Source: Tetramitus jugosus (lineage: Eukaryota > Protista > Heterolobosea). Taken from it: a stretch of DNA of 64,000 nucleotides. The number at the start of each line of letters is the position of its first letter. Position 1 is the stretch's first letter. The stretch lies in NCBI GenBank assembly GCA_937625935.1, contig OW569372.1:124001-188000 (forward strand), in the 5' to 3' direction. This document shows, piece by piece, positions 12,232-22,600 of the stretch. The notes under the pieces were generated by a model. It was not told where the DNA came from. It saw only the letters and a program-made list of their open reading frames with translations, and ran no database searches. The translations under genes were made by a program, and so were the position numbers.

Positions 12232-13293
12232 ATGTCCAGCTCTGCTACTATTAACGTCAAGATTAATCACCAAGGTCAGATCAGAAGATTGACTCTGGAG
12301 AAAGGACCAAACATGTATCATACTCTAATGGAGCAAATCTTTGCTCAGTATGACTTGGGGAAACAAGTTCATCCACTCTTCTCCCTCCAGTACTATGATG
12401 AGGATAAGGATTTGATTCCAGTTTCGTCCTACAATGAACTATTGGCTGCCATCAATGTCCAAATGGAAATCATGGGCCAGAGAGCTGTATATCTCATTTT
12501 CAAAGCACCATCCGCTGAAAATGTCGAGATCGAAAATTCTGTTGAGCAAAAGAGGGATGATACTCCTCAAGAGAATTCTTCACTTGTGCAATTGGATGCA
12601 TCTGAACTATCGACTCCTGTGTTGAGCTCTGTTGATTCTCCCTTCGAGGAGGATGTATCTTCTTCAAAGAGAAAGGGAAAGGAATTATCCAGAATCTCTA
12701 GAATGGCCTCCAAGTCCATCGTCATTAACTTCAAAGAGAATAGGTGGCCATCTCATGTCACTAACTTAATCATCGATGCGGAGAGCATGCTTGTATCCAC
12801 AAAAGCAATGAACAGGTTGACGAAGAGTGAGGAATGCACTCTTGCTGCTGGTAAGATTTTGGCAAAACTCTTTGCCCAATTCCACCACGAGATGAAAGAT
12901 CAACCGTTGCTACAAACATGTATCTTGTTCAATGACCAGAAATTGGCTTCATTGGTTGAGGAAAGTTTGAAGCAGAATTCTTCTCTCCACCATGCAAATA
13001 TTCAAGTGATCAGTGGGGGAGAAGAGCTCCTGCCAAAGGTTGTTGAAGAGTTGAAAACCAAGGGGGTCTTTCAATCTACCCTCATTGCCACGGATAACAA
13101 GAACCTTCTCAAGTCAATGAAGGATACAGAAGCTGTTTGTATTTCTTCTAAGCCAATGATTAAGTTCATGTTCTCCACAATCGACCAAGTACAAAACAGC
13201 GCTAGTTTCAATTTCTTTGCTTGGGTCAATCAAGAGTGCGCCAGACATGGTGTCTCCCCAGCCAAATGTAAGAGACATCACTGTGTGCTTTAA
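12232..13293 (+). CDS. PB1-domain protein with a C-terminal degenerate NYN/PIN-like domain
   Basis: INVKINHQGQIRRL...LQYYDEDKDLIPVSSYNELLAA (PB1, with basic Lys and OPCA acidic motif); NLIIDAESML...LIATDNKNL resembles a PIN/NYN fold (weaker). Confidence 0.65.
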   Translation: MSSSATINVKINHQGQIRRLTLEKGPNMYHTLMEQIFAQYDLGKQVHPLFSLQYYDEDKDLIPVSSYNELLAAINVQMEIMGQRAVYLIFKAPSAENVEIENSVEQKRDDTPQENSSLVQLDASELSTPVLSSVDSPFEEDVSSSKRKGKELSRISRMASKSIVINFKENRWPSHVTNLIIDAESMLVSTKAMNRLTKSEECTLAAGKILAKLFAQFHHEMKDQPLLQTCILFNDQKLASLVEESLKQNSSLHHANIQVISGGEELLPKVVEELKTKGVFQSTLIATDNKNLLKSMKDTEAVCISSKPMIKFMFSTIDQVQNSASFNFFAWVNQECARHGVSPAKCKRHHCVL

Positions 13294-13368
13294 TACTTCT
13301 AGTTAGAGTACTTGTGACTGCATTGTACACACCAACAAAGATTCATTCCAAACACCCTAAATGCCCTA

Positions 13369-13800
13369 TTTTGGTGCAATATGAAGTTGCGATCTTCGAC
13401 TCTTTATTCTAGACACCGAGTTAAATTCGGGCAGGACCAACCCATAGACACGCGCGGAAATTGGTCAATTCATGAACAACACAGCGAATAAAAAGTCGCT
13501 TCCTTCGCCCAAGTTTTGTGCTTGTTTTATTAACGCCGCGACCCAAAAACACATAAAACAGTTGTTGCAAAGAACATTCTCTAATTCTTCGCCTAGCCTC
13601 TTGTGCGGGCGGGCACTCAACTAATAGATGAACAATAGTGTCATCTTCTTCTTGCAGCTTGGGCATCTCGTGTCTTCCACACCGCCATAAAGTCCACGCA
13701 TCACCGAGAGTGTGTAATGTGCCACTCCTAACCTGGTGATAAAATCAGAGTTCTCTTCAATCGACGTAGTTTCGAACCGTACGACGTACATACTCTGTAT
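13369..13800 (-). mobile_element. Decayed 3' fragment of a non-LTR retrotransposon related to the element at 30595-35693
   Basis: Minus frame VD*REL*FYHQVRSGTLHT aligns with ORF2 VDRRLEWFHAQVRSGTLHT; frameshifted CPSC...DTIVHLLVEC CCHC knuckle; AATAAA at 13403-13408; 13375-13390 TGCAATATGAAGTTGC vs the intact element's terminus TACAACACGAGGTTGC (4 transitions). Confidence 0.8.
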
Positions 13801-14170
13801 GATCGAACGAAGTTACAGTTTCAAAGGGATGTTGTGGTGGCAGTGCTGCAGTGCTAGGTCTAACACTAAGAACAACGTGCCATCCTGCATCCTTTGCTGC
13901 AAATGCTTCCTGAGTATTGTCTGTCAAGAACAGAATGTGCTCAGGAGCAACTTGAATATCACTTGCAATCACTTTGTAGCTCTTGGCTTCGAGCTTTGAT
14001 CCAGGATGAACCGTGTCGAAATATCCACCAAACAATGGCGTCAAATCATTCGACTCATTGTGCTTTTGATTCGAATAACCAAACAACAACTTTTGAGCAA
14101 AGACACTTCCACTTGAATACACGTAAAGCGATTTTCCCGCAATGGCCAACCGGTGAAGGACATTCACGCC
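13800..14170 (-). pseudogene. 5'-truncated enolase-phosphatase E1 (ENOPH1/MtnC) fragment
   Basis: LYVYSSGSVFAQKLLFGYS...DLTPLFGGYFDT...GSKLEAKSYKVIA...ILFLTDNTQEAFAAKDAG...VRP...VTSFD; no N-terminal DIEGT HAD motif I seen upstream. Confidence 0.75.
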
Positions 14171-14568
14171 AAGACACATTTGCAAGAACACCACCTCAAA
14201 AACAGAAAAGGACTGATTAAAGAAAACAGTAAGTGGTTGGAAGCAGTACTGATTGGATGGGGTGAGTGGAGCGCCTATACTTCTTGGGCCTAGTCCCTTC
14301 GATTCGTAAATTTGCTTTCTCGTCATAGAGTTGTAACAACATAATCCCCAAAATAAATTAATGTTAATGTTAATTTTTTTTTCAGAGCAGTTAAAAGTAG
14401 AAGATTACTTGTAAGCAATGACAGTAGGTGTTTTTCAATGAAAAAGCCGTTAATCTTCTTTGGCAAGAAAGATAGGAGAGGAATGTGGTGACTGGCTCAA
14501 CCGAGTCCAAGTCATCAAGATGGGTGACGGTTGTATGGAATCTTTTCTGTGGTCAGTCCAAAACGTGG

Positions 14569-14647
14569 AAATAGCTCATTTTCAGCGATAGAGTGTCTAC
14601 GTTCCTCACCAAAGACAAATGGATGAATCTTGGTTGAAACCACCAAT
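14569..14647 (+). pseudogene. Possible relic of a second 5S rRNA gene 5' end with upstream flank
   Basis: AAATAGCTCA-N12-GAGTGTCTACGTTC repeats the -26..+10 region of the intact 5S gene with identical spacing; downstream TGGTTGAAACCACCAATC resembles 5S TGGTGGAACCACCTATTC. Confidence 0.5.
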
Positions 14648-14685
14648 CGTTAACCCCAAAAGAAGCCAAATGCTATTGCCCCAAA

Positions 14686-15127
14686 TTTTTTTTTTTTTTT
14701 TTTTTAATACAACCATTGCGGTTGCTCACTTTATTATCAATACATTTTCATCAGCCATCGCTCATTGAGCGATGGCTCTTGGTCTTCTGATTAATTCCCA
14801 ATGACGCTCGCAGAGCGTCATTGTTGTTGTTTCGCTTTTGTTGTTGTGAAGAGGTGAAGGAGAGTCGTGAGACATCTCCGTTTCACCCCATTCACATAGG
14901 TTTTAGCTTTCTTACCGGCTTCTGCTGTTTTGATCCCAATTGCTACCAGTCCGTTGGTGACATCTTCGATGGCATTTGTTTCTATGCCCATCATACCTTT
15001 CAGGAACTCTCTGCTCGTCCATCGCAAAGGACGCTTTTCCATCTTGCCGCCCTTCAGTCTCACATTATCGAACCATATGTCGATACAGCTGTTGGCTGAC
15101 ACGTCGATACAGCTGTTGGCTGACACG
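14686..15127 (-). mobile_element. 5'-truncated non-LTR retrotransposon (442 bp) inserted 49 bp upstream of the 5S rRNA gene
   Basis: A20 tail (T 14686-14705); AATAAA; two CGCTC-N3-GAGCG hairpins; ORF2 C-terminus homologous to the intact copy (IWFDNV/LWFDKV, SREFLKGMMGIE/SREYLMGMMGLE, VKRRCLTTL/VKSRCITTL); 15-bp TSD TGCTATTGCCCCAAA at 14671-14685 and 15128-15142. Confidence 0.93.
15079..15126. repeat. Perfect 24-bp tandem duplication at the 5' junction of the truncated LINE
   Basis: GTCGATACAGCTGTTGGCTGACAC at 15079-15102 and 15103-15126. Confidence 0.95.
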
Positions 15128-15176
15128 TGCTATTGCCCCAAAAATCGAGTAAATAGCTCAGGTTTGCTCTATGAGT

Positions 15177-15296
15177 GTCTACGTTCATACAATGGTGGAA
15201 CCACCTATTCCCATTTCGAATAGAGAAGTTAAGCACCATCTGGCTGAGTTAGTATTGAGATAGGAGACTACTCGAGAACCCTCAGTAGTGTAGGCT
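15177..15296 (+). rRNA. 5S ribosomal RNA
   Basis: About 120 nt; terminal helix GTCTAC/GTAGGC; CCCATTTCGAA loop C; box A AGTTAAGCACCA; box C-like GTTAGTATTGAGATAGGAGAC; T4 Pol III terminator at 15296-15299. Confidence 0.93.
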
Positions 15297-15343
15297 TTTG
15301 GTTGACAACCAACCATTTTTATGCCCACAAAAACAACAGCTCC

Positions 15344-16330
15344 ATGAATATCGAGTGTGACATTAGTTCTGTCGAAACAATTCAAAATCGAGAGTGTCAA
15401 TGGAAGGATCAATGTGAAATCACGATTGAAATCACTTCTGTCCTTTGCTGGGACGTGTGGTCAAAAATCATTGAATTTTGTGACACTCGAGAATGGCTTC
15501 AATTGAGTTACACTTGCCATGGAATTAATCAATTTAAGTACAATCGATTACTCATGTTCAACAAGAAGAGAACACTCAAGAATAGCTTGAAAGAAAAAGA
15601 GATCGAGTACTACTTTCAATCATCCCGAGGAACACTGTTCAATGTTTGTTTCAGTTGGTGTCCGAATGTGGTGGATGAGCATTTTCAGTTTTTGGAGGGC
15701 GTTCATACATTGGATATGACACTTTGCACTCAAATAACAGACAATGCATTTTTTCATTTGAGTGGTGTTCACACACTCTACATGAGTGATTGTAAGAATA
15801 TTACAGACAAATCAATTTCTTATTTAACTGGCATTCACACACTTGGGATGAACGGTTGTCGTCGCATCACAGATGATGCATTCACTCATTTGACTGGTAT
15901 TCACACACTAGATATGGGTCGCTGCACTCAAATATCAGACAATGCGTTTCCCCACTTAACTGGAATTCACAAGCTCGATGTGAGTTACTGCACTCGAATA
16001 ACAGACAGTGCTTTCAGTCATATAACCGGCATTCACACACTCAATATGAGTGGTTGCAATCAAATTACGGATAAAGCATTCCATCATTTAACTGGCATTC
16101 ATACGCTCGATATGAGTTACTGCATTGGAGTAACAGACAGTGCATTTCATCATTTGAGCGGCATTCACACACTCGAGATGAACGGTTGCCGTCAAATCAC
16201 AGACAAAGCATTTCCTTACCTAACTGGAATTTACGAACTCAATATGAGCGGTTGTCATAATATTACAGACAACGCATTCACTCATTTGACTGGTATTCAC
16301 ACACTCTCTACCACCTTTCAAATAAGATAA
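15344..16330 (+). CDS. F-box/leucine-rich-repeat protein, truncated by an internal inversion (reconstructed ORF 15344-16618)
   Basis: F-box-like LCWDVWSKIIEFCDTREWLQLSYTC, then nine 22-aa LRRs (LTGIHTLDMSxCxxITDxAFxH) from 15692; further LRRs continue on the minus strand at 16320-16494. Confidence 0.85.
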   Translation: MNIECDISSVETIQNRECQWKDQCEITIEITSVLCWDVWSKIIEFCDTREWLQLSYTCHGINQFKYNRLLMFNKKRTLKNSLKEKEIEYYFQSSRGTLFNVCFSWCPNVVDEHFQFLEGVHTLDMTLCTQITDNAFFHLSGVHTLYMSDCKNITDKSISYLTGIHTLGMNGCRRITDDAFTHLTGIHTLDMGRCTQISDNAFPHLTGIHKLDVSYCTRITDSAFSHITGIHTLNMSGCNQITDKAFHHLTGIHTLDMSYCIGVTDSAFHHLSGIHTLEMNGCRQITDKAFPYLTGIYELNMSGCHNITDNAFTHLTGIHTLSTTFQIR

Positions 16331-16502
16331 GGCCTTCTCTGTGATCGACTCCTGAGAACATCCATTCATATGAATAAAATGTATGCCAGCCAAATGAGAA
16401 AATGCACGGTTTGTGACTTGATTGCAATTACTCATATCGAGTGAATAAATTCCGGTTAAGTAAGGAAAAGCATTGTCCGTGATTTGATTACATCGAAAGG
16501 TG
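16312..16502. other. 175-bp inverted segment bounded by an 8-bp inverted repeat
   Basis: CACCTTTC (16312-16319) and GAAAGGTG (16495-16502); the enclosed minus strand encodes RCNQITDNAFPYLTGIYSLDMSNC...EKALSYL. Confidence 0.88.
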
Positions 16503-16642
16503 TTCGCAGAATTTCTTGGTTTAGTAGTGGGGACGATATCAACTTCATAAACAAGGTGATCAAGTATTGCGAGGCCAACTCGATAACTCTTGTTGGGATG
16601 AAGGGAAAGCAATCATGAGAAGAAGTTTATTGAGACTTTCGA

Positions 16643-19600
16643 TTACATAAATAATGATTCATTGACCACCAACAAAACCTTGAGCTCCTCTTTTCTATCT
16701 GGAAAATATGAGAGGAAATAAGTGAGTTGACCACGCCATTTTTGCAATATTGAGGGAATGCGAGTGTTTCTTGTTGTTGGAGACAAGTCGTCAAAAGGAC
16801 TGCCAGACAGAATGTTAGGATTTGGCTCAGTATGAACATTCTGTTCCTCTTCCTCTTCATTTAGGGCTGACAGAGTGAATATACGGTGACTGAAGAGAAC
16901 ACTGTACAACAACTTTGCCAAGTCAAAGAATGCTTGACCTGCCTTTCCCTTGAGACCATAGAACACCAACTCATCAGTCAGATACCTCAAATCAAAATAC
17001 AACAAATTAAATTGCTTCTTCTTAAACATCTTGGACACCAAACCCACTCTTTCTAACGATCGAGCAGGGCCATTACGAGAACTAGATCTCATCTGATCTT
17101 GAACTTGTTCCAAGTTTGTGTCACACAACATCTTGAACTGTCTGAGAAGCAAACTGATTCTTTCTTCCAGAGAACTGAATGCGAAGGCATTTCTAGGTCC
17201 GGGTGCTGTGAAGAATTGTCTCAGATAACCTCGAGCAAAACGAATGGACACCCACCACTTCTCTTTCATGTTCTTTCGGTTATATATTGTTAAATGCTCT
17301 TCAATGTATTTTCCTTGTTGGAACACGTCATCAGAGCTGAAAATCTTGGCAATGTTCGGACGAATGGTAATGTAATGCTTCTCATTCTCACCGATTAGAC
17401 ACTTGTTTGGGATCTCCACATTAAAGTAAATACAGAAATCGCTTCGGATTGTGTACAACAGTGGCTCATCAAAACAATTCTCGATGACAATCTGCTCCGA
17501 TTCTGGCTCAATGTCACTTGAGGTGTCTTTTGCCACAAATAAGAGATCAGTAGATGGAATGTTAATTTGAGGAGGGGAACACTTGGCTCGCAAAGTCACA
17601 ACCTCTTGATAGTCCTTCACTAACCGACATTTGATGAATAATTGTTGTTCATCAATAAAACAAGGTGTATCGCTTGTGATGGCCCCCGAGTAAGTACTAT
17701 CTTTGGTATTGTAATTTGGTTTGTACAGAATATACACCTTGGTCTTACCGTATGGATCAACACGTAGCGTATGGAAACTCTTCAATGAAGTAAGAGAAAG
17801 AGAGAAATGGAGCTCAGCAGAACTATCTGGTTGAACATTAGAGGTTAAATGGAACTCGAGTTCCACATCAGACACATTAACAATATCAATGCTTCGATGT
17901 TTCACCATATGTCCAACAAATACTTCACCGAGATCTAAAATGTTGTTCTGGTCGATTGGAGACCCATCAACCAAAACATTGAACAACTTCTTAGCAGCAG
18001 ATCTCCCACTCAGAACAACTTCCATGTTGACTCTTATTGTCTTCATATCCTCAGGGTTATTCTTGTTTTCAATGATGAGATATGTGGAATGTGTTTTGAT
18101 TGTTTCAGTCATGAAGGTCACTGTGATACTCTGAGAGTCCAAGTGATTAGACAAAGTACCTTCGCTGTTACTCAGGTGGAGCCATGATGGAGTGTCGTTC
18201 TGTCTTCCGACTTCATACACACAATACTCAACAGGCAACGGGGAGTTGTTTTGTAACGTGAGCTCCCATGTGACTAGCTCGTTCTGATTCACCTGTCCCA
18301 CATTAATCTCGAACCTATTCGTATCAGCGCCCTTGATTGGAGTACAACCTTTGACAGACAATGTTGGTGTAAATTTGCTTGCCATTGAAGCAATCGGGGA
18401 TGGAATCGCAGAGTAATCATTAACAGTTGATTCAGAACTAGATAGTTCGTTCAATCCCAAGCTGTTCAAAATTCGCAATGGAAGAACAGCAGAAGACAAC
18501 GGTGCATAAATATCATTCACCTCGACACATGTTCCCTCTGGAAGCTCATTGAGAGGAGCACCATCCTTTGATTCTAGAAACACGCTCAAAACTGCAGACA
18601 CTCCAGGCTCTAGAGATCCCTGTACAGGAACAACATTAATTTGTAGGTTGTTATCCTTGGGCGGAGAATAATCAAATCTAAAATGCAAGGGAGCAAATGG
18701 CTTGATGTTCGTTAACGTGAATGTTTGACTGAGAACACGTTTCGTCTTGTCCACATTCATTGGGTTCTTTCTCCGATCTCCATGTTTGGATTGAACAGTT
18801 AAAGCATTGGCAGGACGGAACACAAGATTTGTGGATGTAGTTGTGAATGTTCTCATCTGGCTTAAACTACCCCAAATCGCAAACACTTCTGTCTTTTGAT
18901 CTCTGGCACGAATCTTGAGCTCGCCCAGTTTGAATGTGGTTGCCGGCTGACTATCTGTTTGAACATATTTCAATAATGCTTGTGGAATGAGTGCATCTGC
19001 ACTTACAGCTGAACAACGTACTCGAACAGCTAAGCTATCGTTCAACCGAAACTGATAATCTCTGAGAGGAGCACTCGTCACATTGTTCAAAATCTCAACC
19101 TTCAAGAAAGAACGAATGATTGTTTCTGATACGAACTCGAACTTGCATTCAATTGTATCCTCTGACTGATTCGTCATGCCAAAGGCTCGATCACTATAAA
19201 CAGAGGAATTGATCGCAGGATGCTGCAAAATCGGTAATGTGATAATATGATCCTGTTCAATTCGACTAAACTTCCATGCTCGCCTGGTGAGTGTCGATGT
19301 AATATCGAGTTTTAGATGATTAGAAGGATTATTAATGTTGAGAATATCAATATGACGTCTAACATTTGATCCTGCATGACTCATGAACTTCTTGGCAACA
19401 AGTACTGACTTAACTGTAGTAGTATCTAATGGCTCAACAGTAATTGTTCCATCCTCTCTCACTCCAAGAATCTGAATGTCATCTGCAGATGCAATTGGTT
19501 TGACAACTAATGGAGAATCTGACAAGTTCTGCAAGTGGAATGTGAAGAAGTCATTCATCCAGTTATTGATAAATCCAATTTTTCCAAGGTTGATAGATGT

Positions 19601-22600
19601 GGTAGGAAGAACACCTTCTGATATGCAAATTGAGGCATTGATGTAGATGAGCTTGACGGCAATACTGGAATGCCGATTGCTTGAGATATCAGTCAGCAAC
19701 AATGTGCCTGTCATAGACACTGTTTGATTCTTCTTAAGTGCTTCTCTTTGCTTGATAGTAACAGATGGTAAGTCTTCTGTCACCAAATATACTGTCGTTT
19801 CAACAGCAGGAGGAAGCTTAAATGGAAGCGAAGTATACTTCTTTCTATCTTTGACAAACATTGCAAGATTATCCTTCGTTAAATTGTCATGCCTTTCATC
19901 AGCGTACGACTGTTGACATACAAGCGTGATGTGGAAGTCGGATTCTGCCACCAGAATCATGTCCCTACTTGTTTTGTTCTTGAGTGTAAAGGACTGCACA
20001 GCAATAATTTTGGATTTCTGTTGCAGTCCAGATTTGATGAATATCTCATCACCTACAGCCTGTCTCATTTCATTCAGCTTGTCGGATCGGTTTGGCATGG
20101 ACACCAAAGATATCTTCTCACTCGATGACTGAGAAGTGGTAGCATATATTGAATCAAGTTGAACCACATCAACACCAGAGCTAGTTTGACCCAAACTTGT
20201 CTCCAATGACTGCTTGTCATCAACGAATACTCGGACTTTAATCTCATGCAGAACTTCATGGTCATCAGAATTTACAATCCTGATGGTATCCATATGAACA
20301 CCGTAACTATGAATCTTCATAGCGAACTTAATGCTGACCTTGCTACTTCCTTCTCTCTTCTTGTCTACACTAATGGCGTCCAATCTTCCCTTTGAAATAT
20401 CGAGCTCTAAGCTATCAGAGTCATGTTGAATCTCATAATTGAGTGGCATATGCATGGTACCATTCTCCATAACGAATGATGACTCTAGTGGCTTGTCCAA
20501 CGAGCTGATACAACCAAAATCTACTTCTAATGTTGAACAATTGAGAATCATCCTTCCAACAATCGTACGGTAACGAACAGTTCTCTCATACAGCTTTTTG
20601 CTTCTGTCTTCATTGAATATCTGACAACGTAAGCCACCAACAAGCAACCTACAATGACCCTTTTGTTTGTCGTGTGCCGACAATGACGGACTAATGCAAA
20701 CATACACAACTTGGCTCTCCCCTTTGAGTAAACTACACTTCACAGCCTTTCTGGTCAACTCTTCATCTAAATAGGCATACACCTGGCTGGGTGAATTTGA
20801 CACAATATCAAAATTTAGATTTTGATCCTTGTTGTTGGATAAAGTGAATGGGAATACTTTAGCAATCTTTTTACCACCCTGTGGTAAATACGTGAAACCA
20901 AAATCGAACTCTTGTTGTTCGTTAAGCATCGATATTGATACAGGAGATGCACTCTGCGGCGTACATGCAATTAATACAGTATGGATCTTCTTTGTCCGCA
21001 GATTTTGAACACTAATGTAATGTCTCTGCGATCCCATAGAAAAAGTTTCGAAATGTACCTCAATGACACATTCACCATTCGCTGGTACTTCTCCATTATT
21101 TTGACTAAAGGATATTTTTGCTTCAGTTGATGCTGATTTGTTCATGACAACAAATCCTGCAGGTTCCAACGACTTATTGAAGATGGTAAACTTACAGTTG
21201 ACCTTAGCCTCAACATCCACCTCCTTAAGATCAATATTCAAAGGAGAGACAATGAATGATATGGTGTCCTTATCTTGAGGAACCAACGGTTTTTCTACAG
21301 CCAAGATTGGTGGTTGTATCTTTCTCTTGTGATCTGAGTGTGCCCTCTTCCTACTTGTAAGTATGTTGAGATTGAATGTAACAATCTGCTGTGAGTCAAC
21401 ATTCTTTGTTTCTGAAATGAGAATCTTGCCATTGCCACGCTCAGCAACGATATTAGCTTCGTCATTTGGATATGGCGTAACTGAAACATTCACAACTTGT
21501 GTTCCCTTTGCAGGAATAGCAAACCTAATACCACTTTCCGTTGTCTTAAAACGTTTTCTTTTTCGTTGTTCTGATTCATCTTCAGACGAAGACATGAACG
21601 TATCGTCATCCTCCTTGTCAAAATTGAGTTGCTTCTTGATCTCTTTTACTCTCTGATCGAGCTTCTCAACCTTGGAAGATTTTCCCTTTCGAACTGCAAT
21701 TTTCATCTTTTTATCAATATCTTCCAACTCAGACTCGAGCTTTTCGGTCTCTTGATTCACACTCACCGGATCTAAATCATATGCGAATTTCAAGAACCAA
21801 TTCTCAAAGGTATTATGATCTACCTTAATGTCAAACACTCTTCGTTGCTTCGTAGTGTTGGTAATAACAATTCTCTTCAGGGCTGACTCGGTATTCATGA
21901 TAACATCGGAAAAATCAATGTCATTATTCTTAATCGCAAATCGCTGATGCTTTTTGATATCTGCCTTAATGGTAATAACAGTAAGCGCCTCTGGGTCCTG
22001 TACATTCACAAACGTCAATGTTTCATGAAATTTGCCCGATAGAGAAGGCTTGAACTTAAACTTAAGCTCTCGACTACCATATCCACGCAGAACACCAACT
22101 TTGGAATCTGAGCTTACTTGCAGATCGCCTGAAGCAATCGAGCCAGTTTTTTTGACACGGTACAGCAGAGGGACCTCACTTAGATTACTGATTCCTAGCG
22201 TTTTCGTTCGCTCTTCAGAATCCAAGATAGTACCAAAATTGATATGTTTTTGAGTCAGATCCATCATTGACCGACACACCTTGGCCAATATTGTGAGTTC
22301 TCTTGGAGGAATATGTTGTTTGTCAGGCTGGTTGCTCTGTTGCTCATAGGACAAGAGATTGATATAAATTGACTCTTCAATCTTCTTCAACGTACTGGAA
22401 ACATCTGGTCTTAACACTCCTGAGGGCCTGAATAATACATAGACATCCATATCAGTTTTTGGTTCCAAATCGAGAACAGAGCACTCAACGAGATACTGCT
22501 TTGAAATCAACTTCTCCAAATTCTCCCGTGCATCCATTTCTGCCTTCACATACTCGGATTCTTTTGTCATTCTCGATTCCAGAGAGGACTCTTCACACTT

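Noticed and set aside
13745-13760. In-frame TGA codons at Arg and Trp positions, suggesting stop-codon reassignment
   Set aside because: TGA ends genuine ORFs elsewhere in the window, and the fragment also has frameshifts, so this is pseudogene decay.
14275-14326. KGLGPRS upstream of the ENOPH1 fragment resembles ORF2 KGFGPKT, hinting that ENOPH1 sits inside a LINE relic
   Set aside because: Seven-residue match with no supporting flanking similarity; could be chance.
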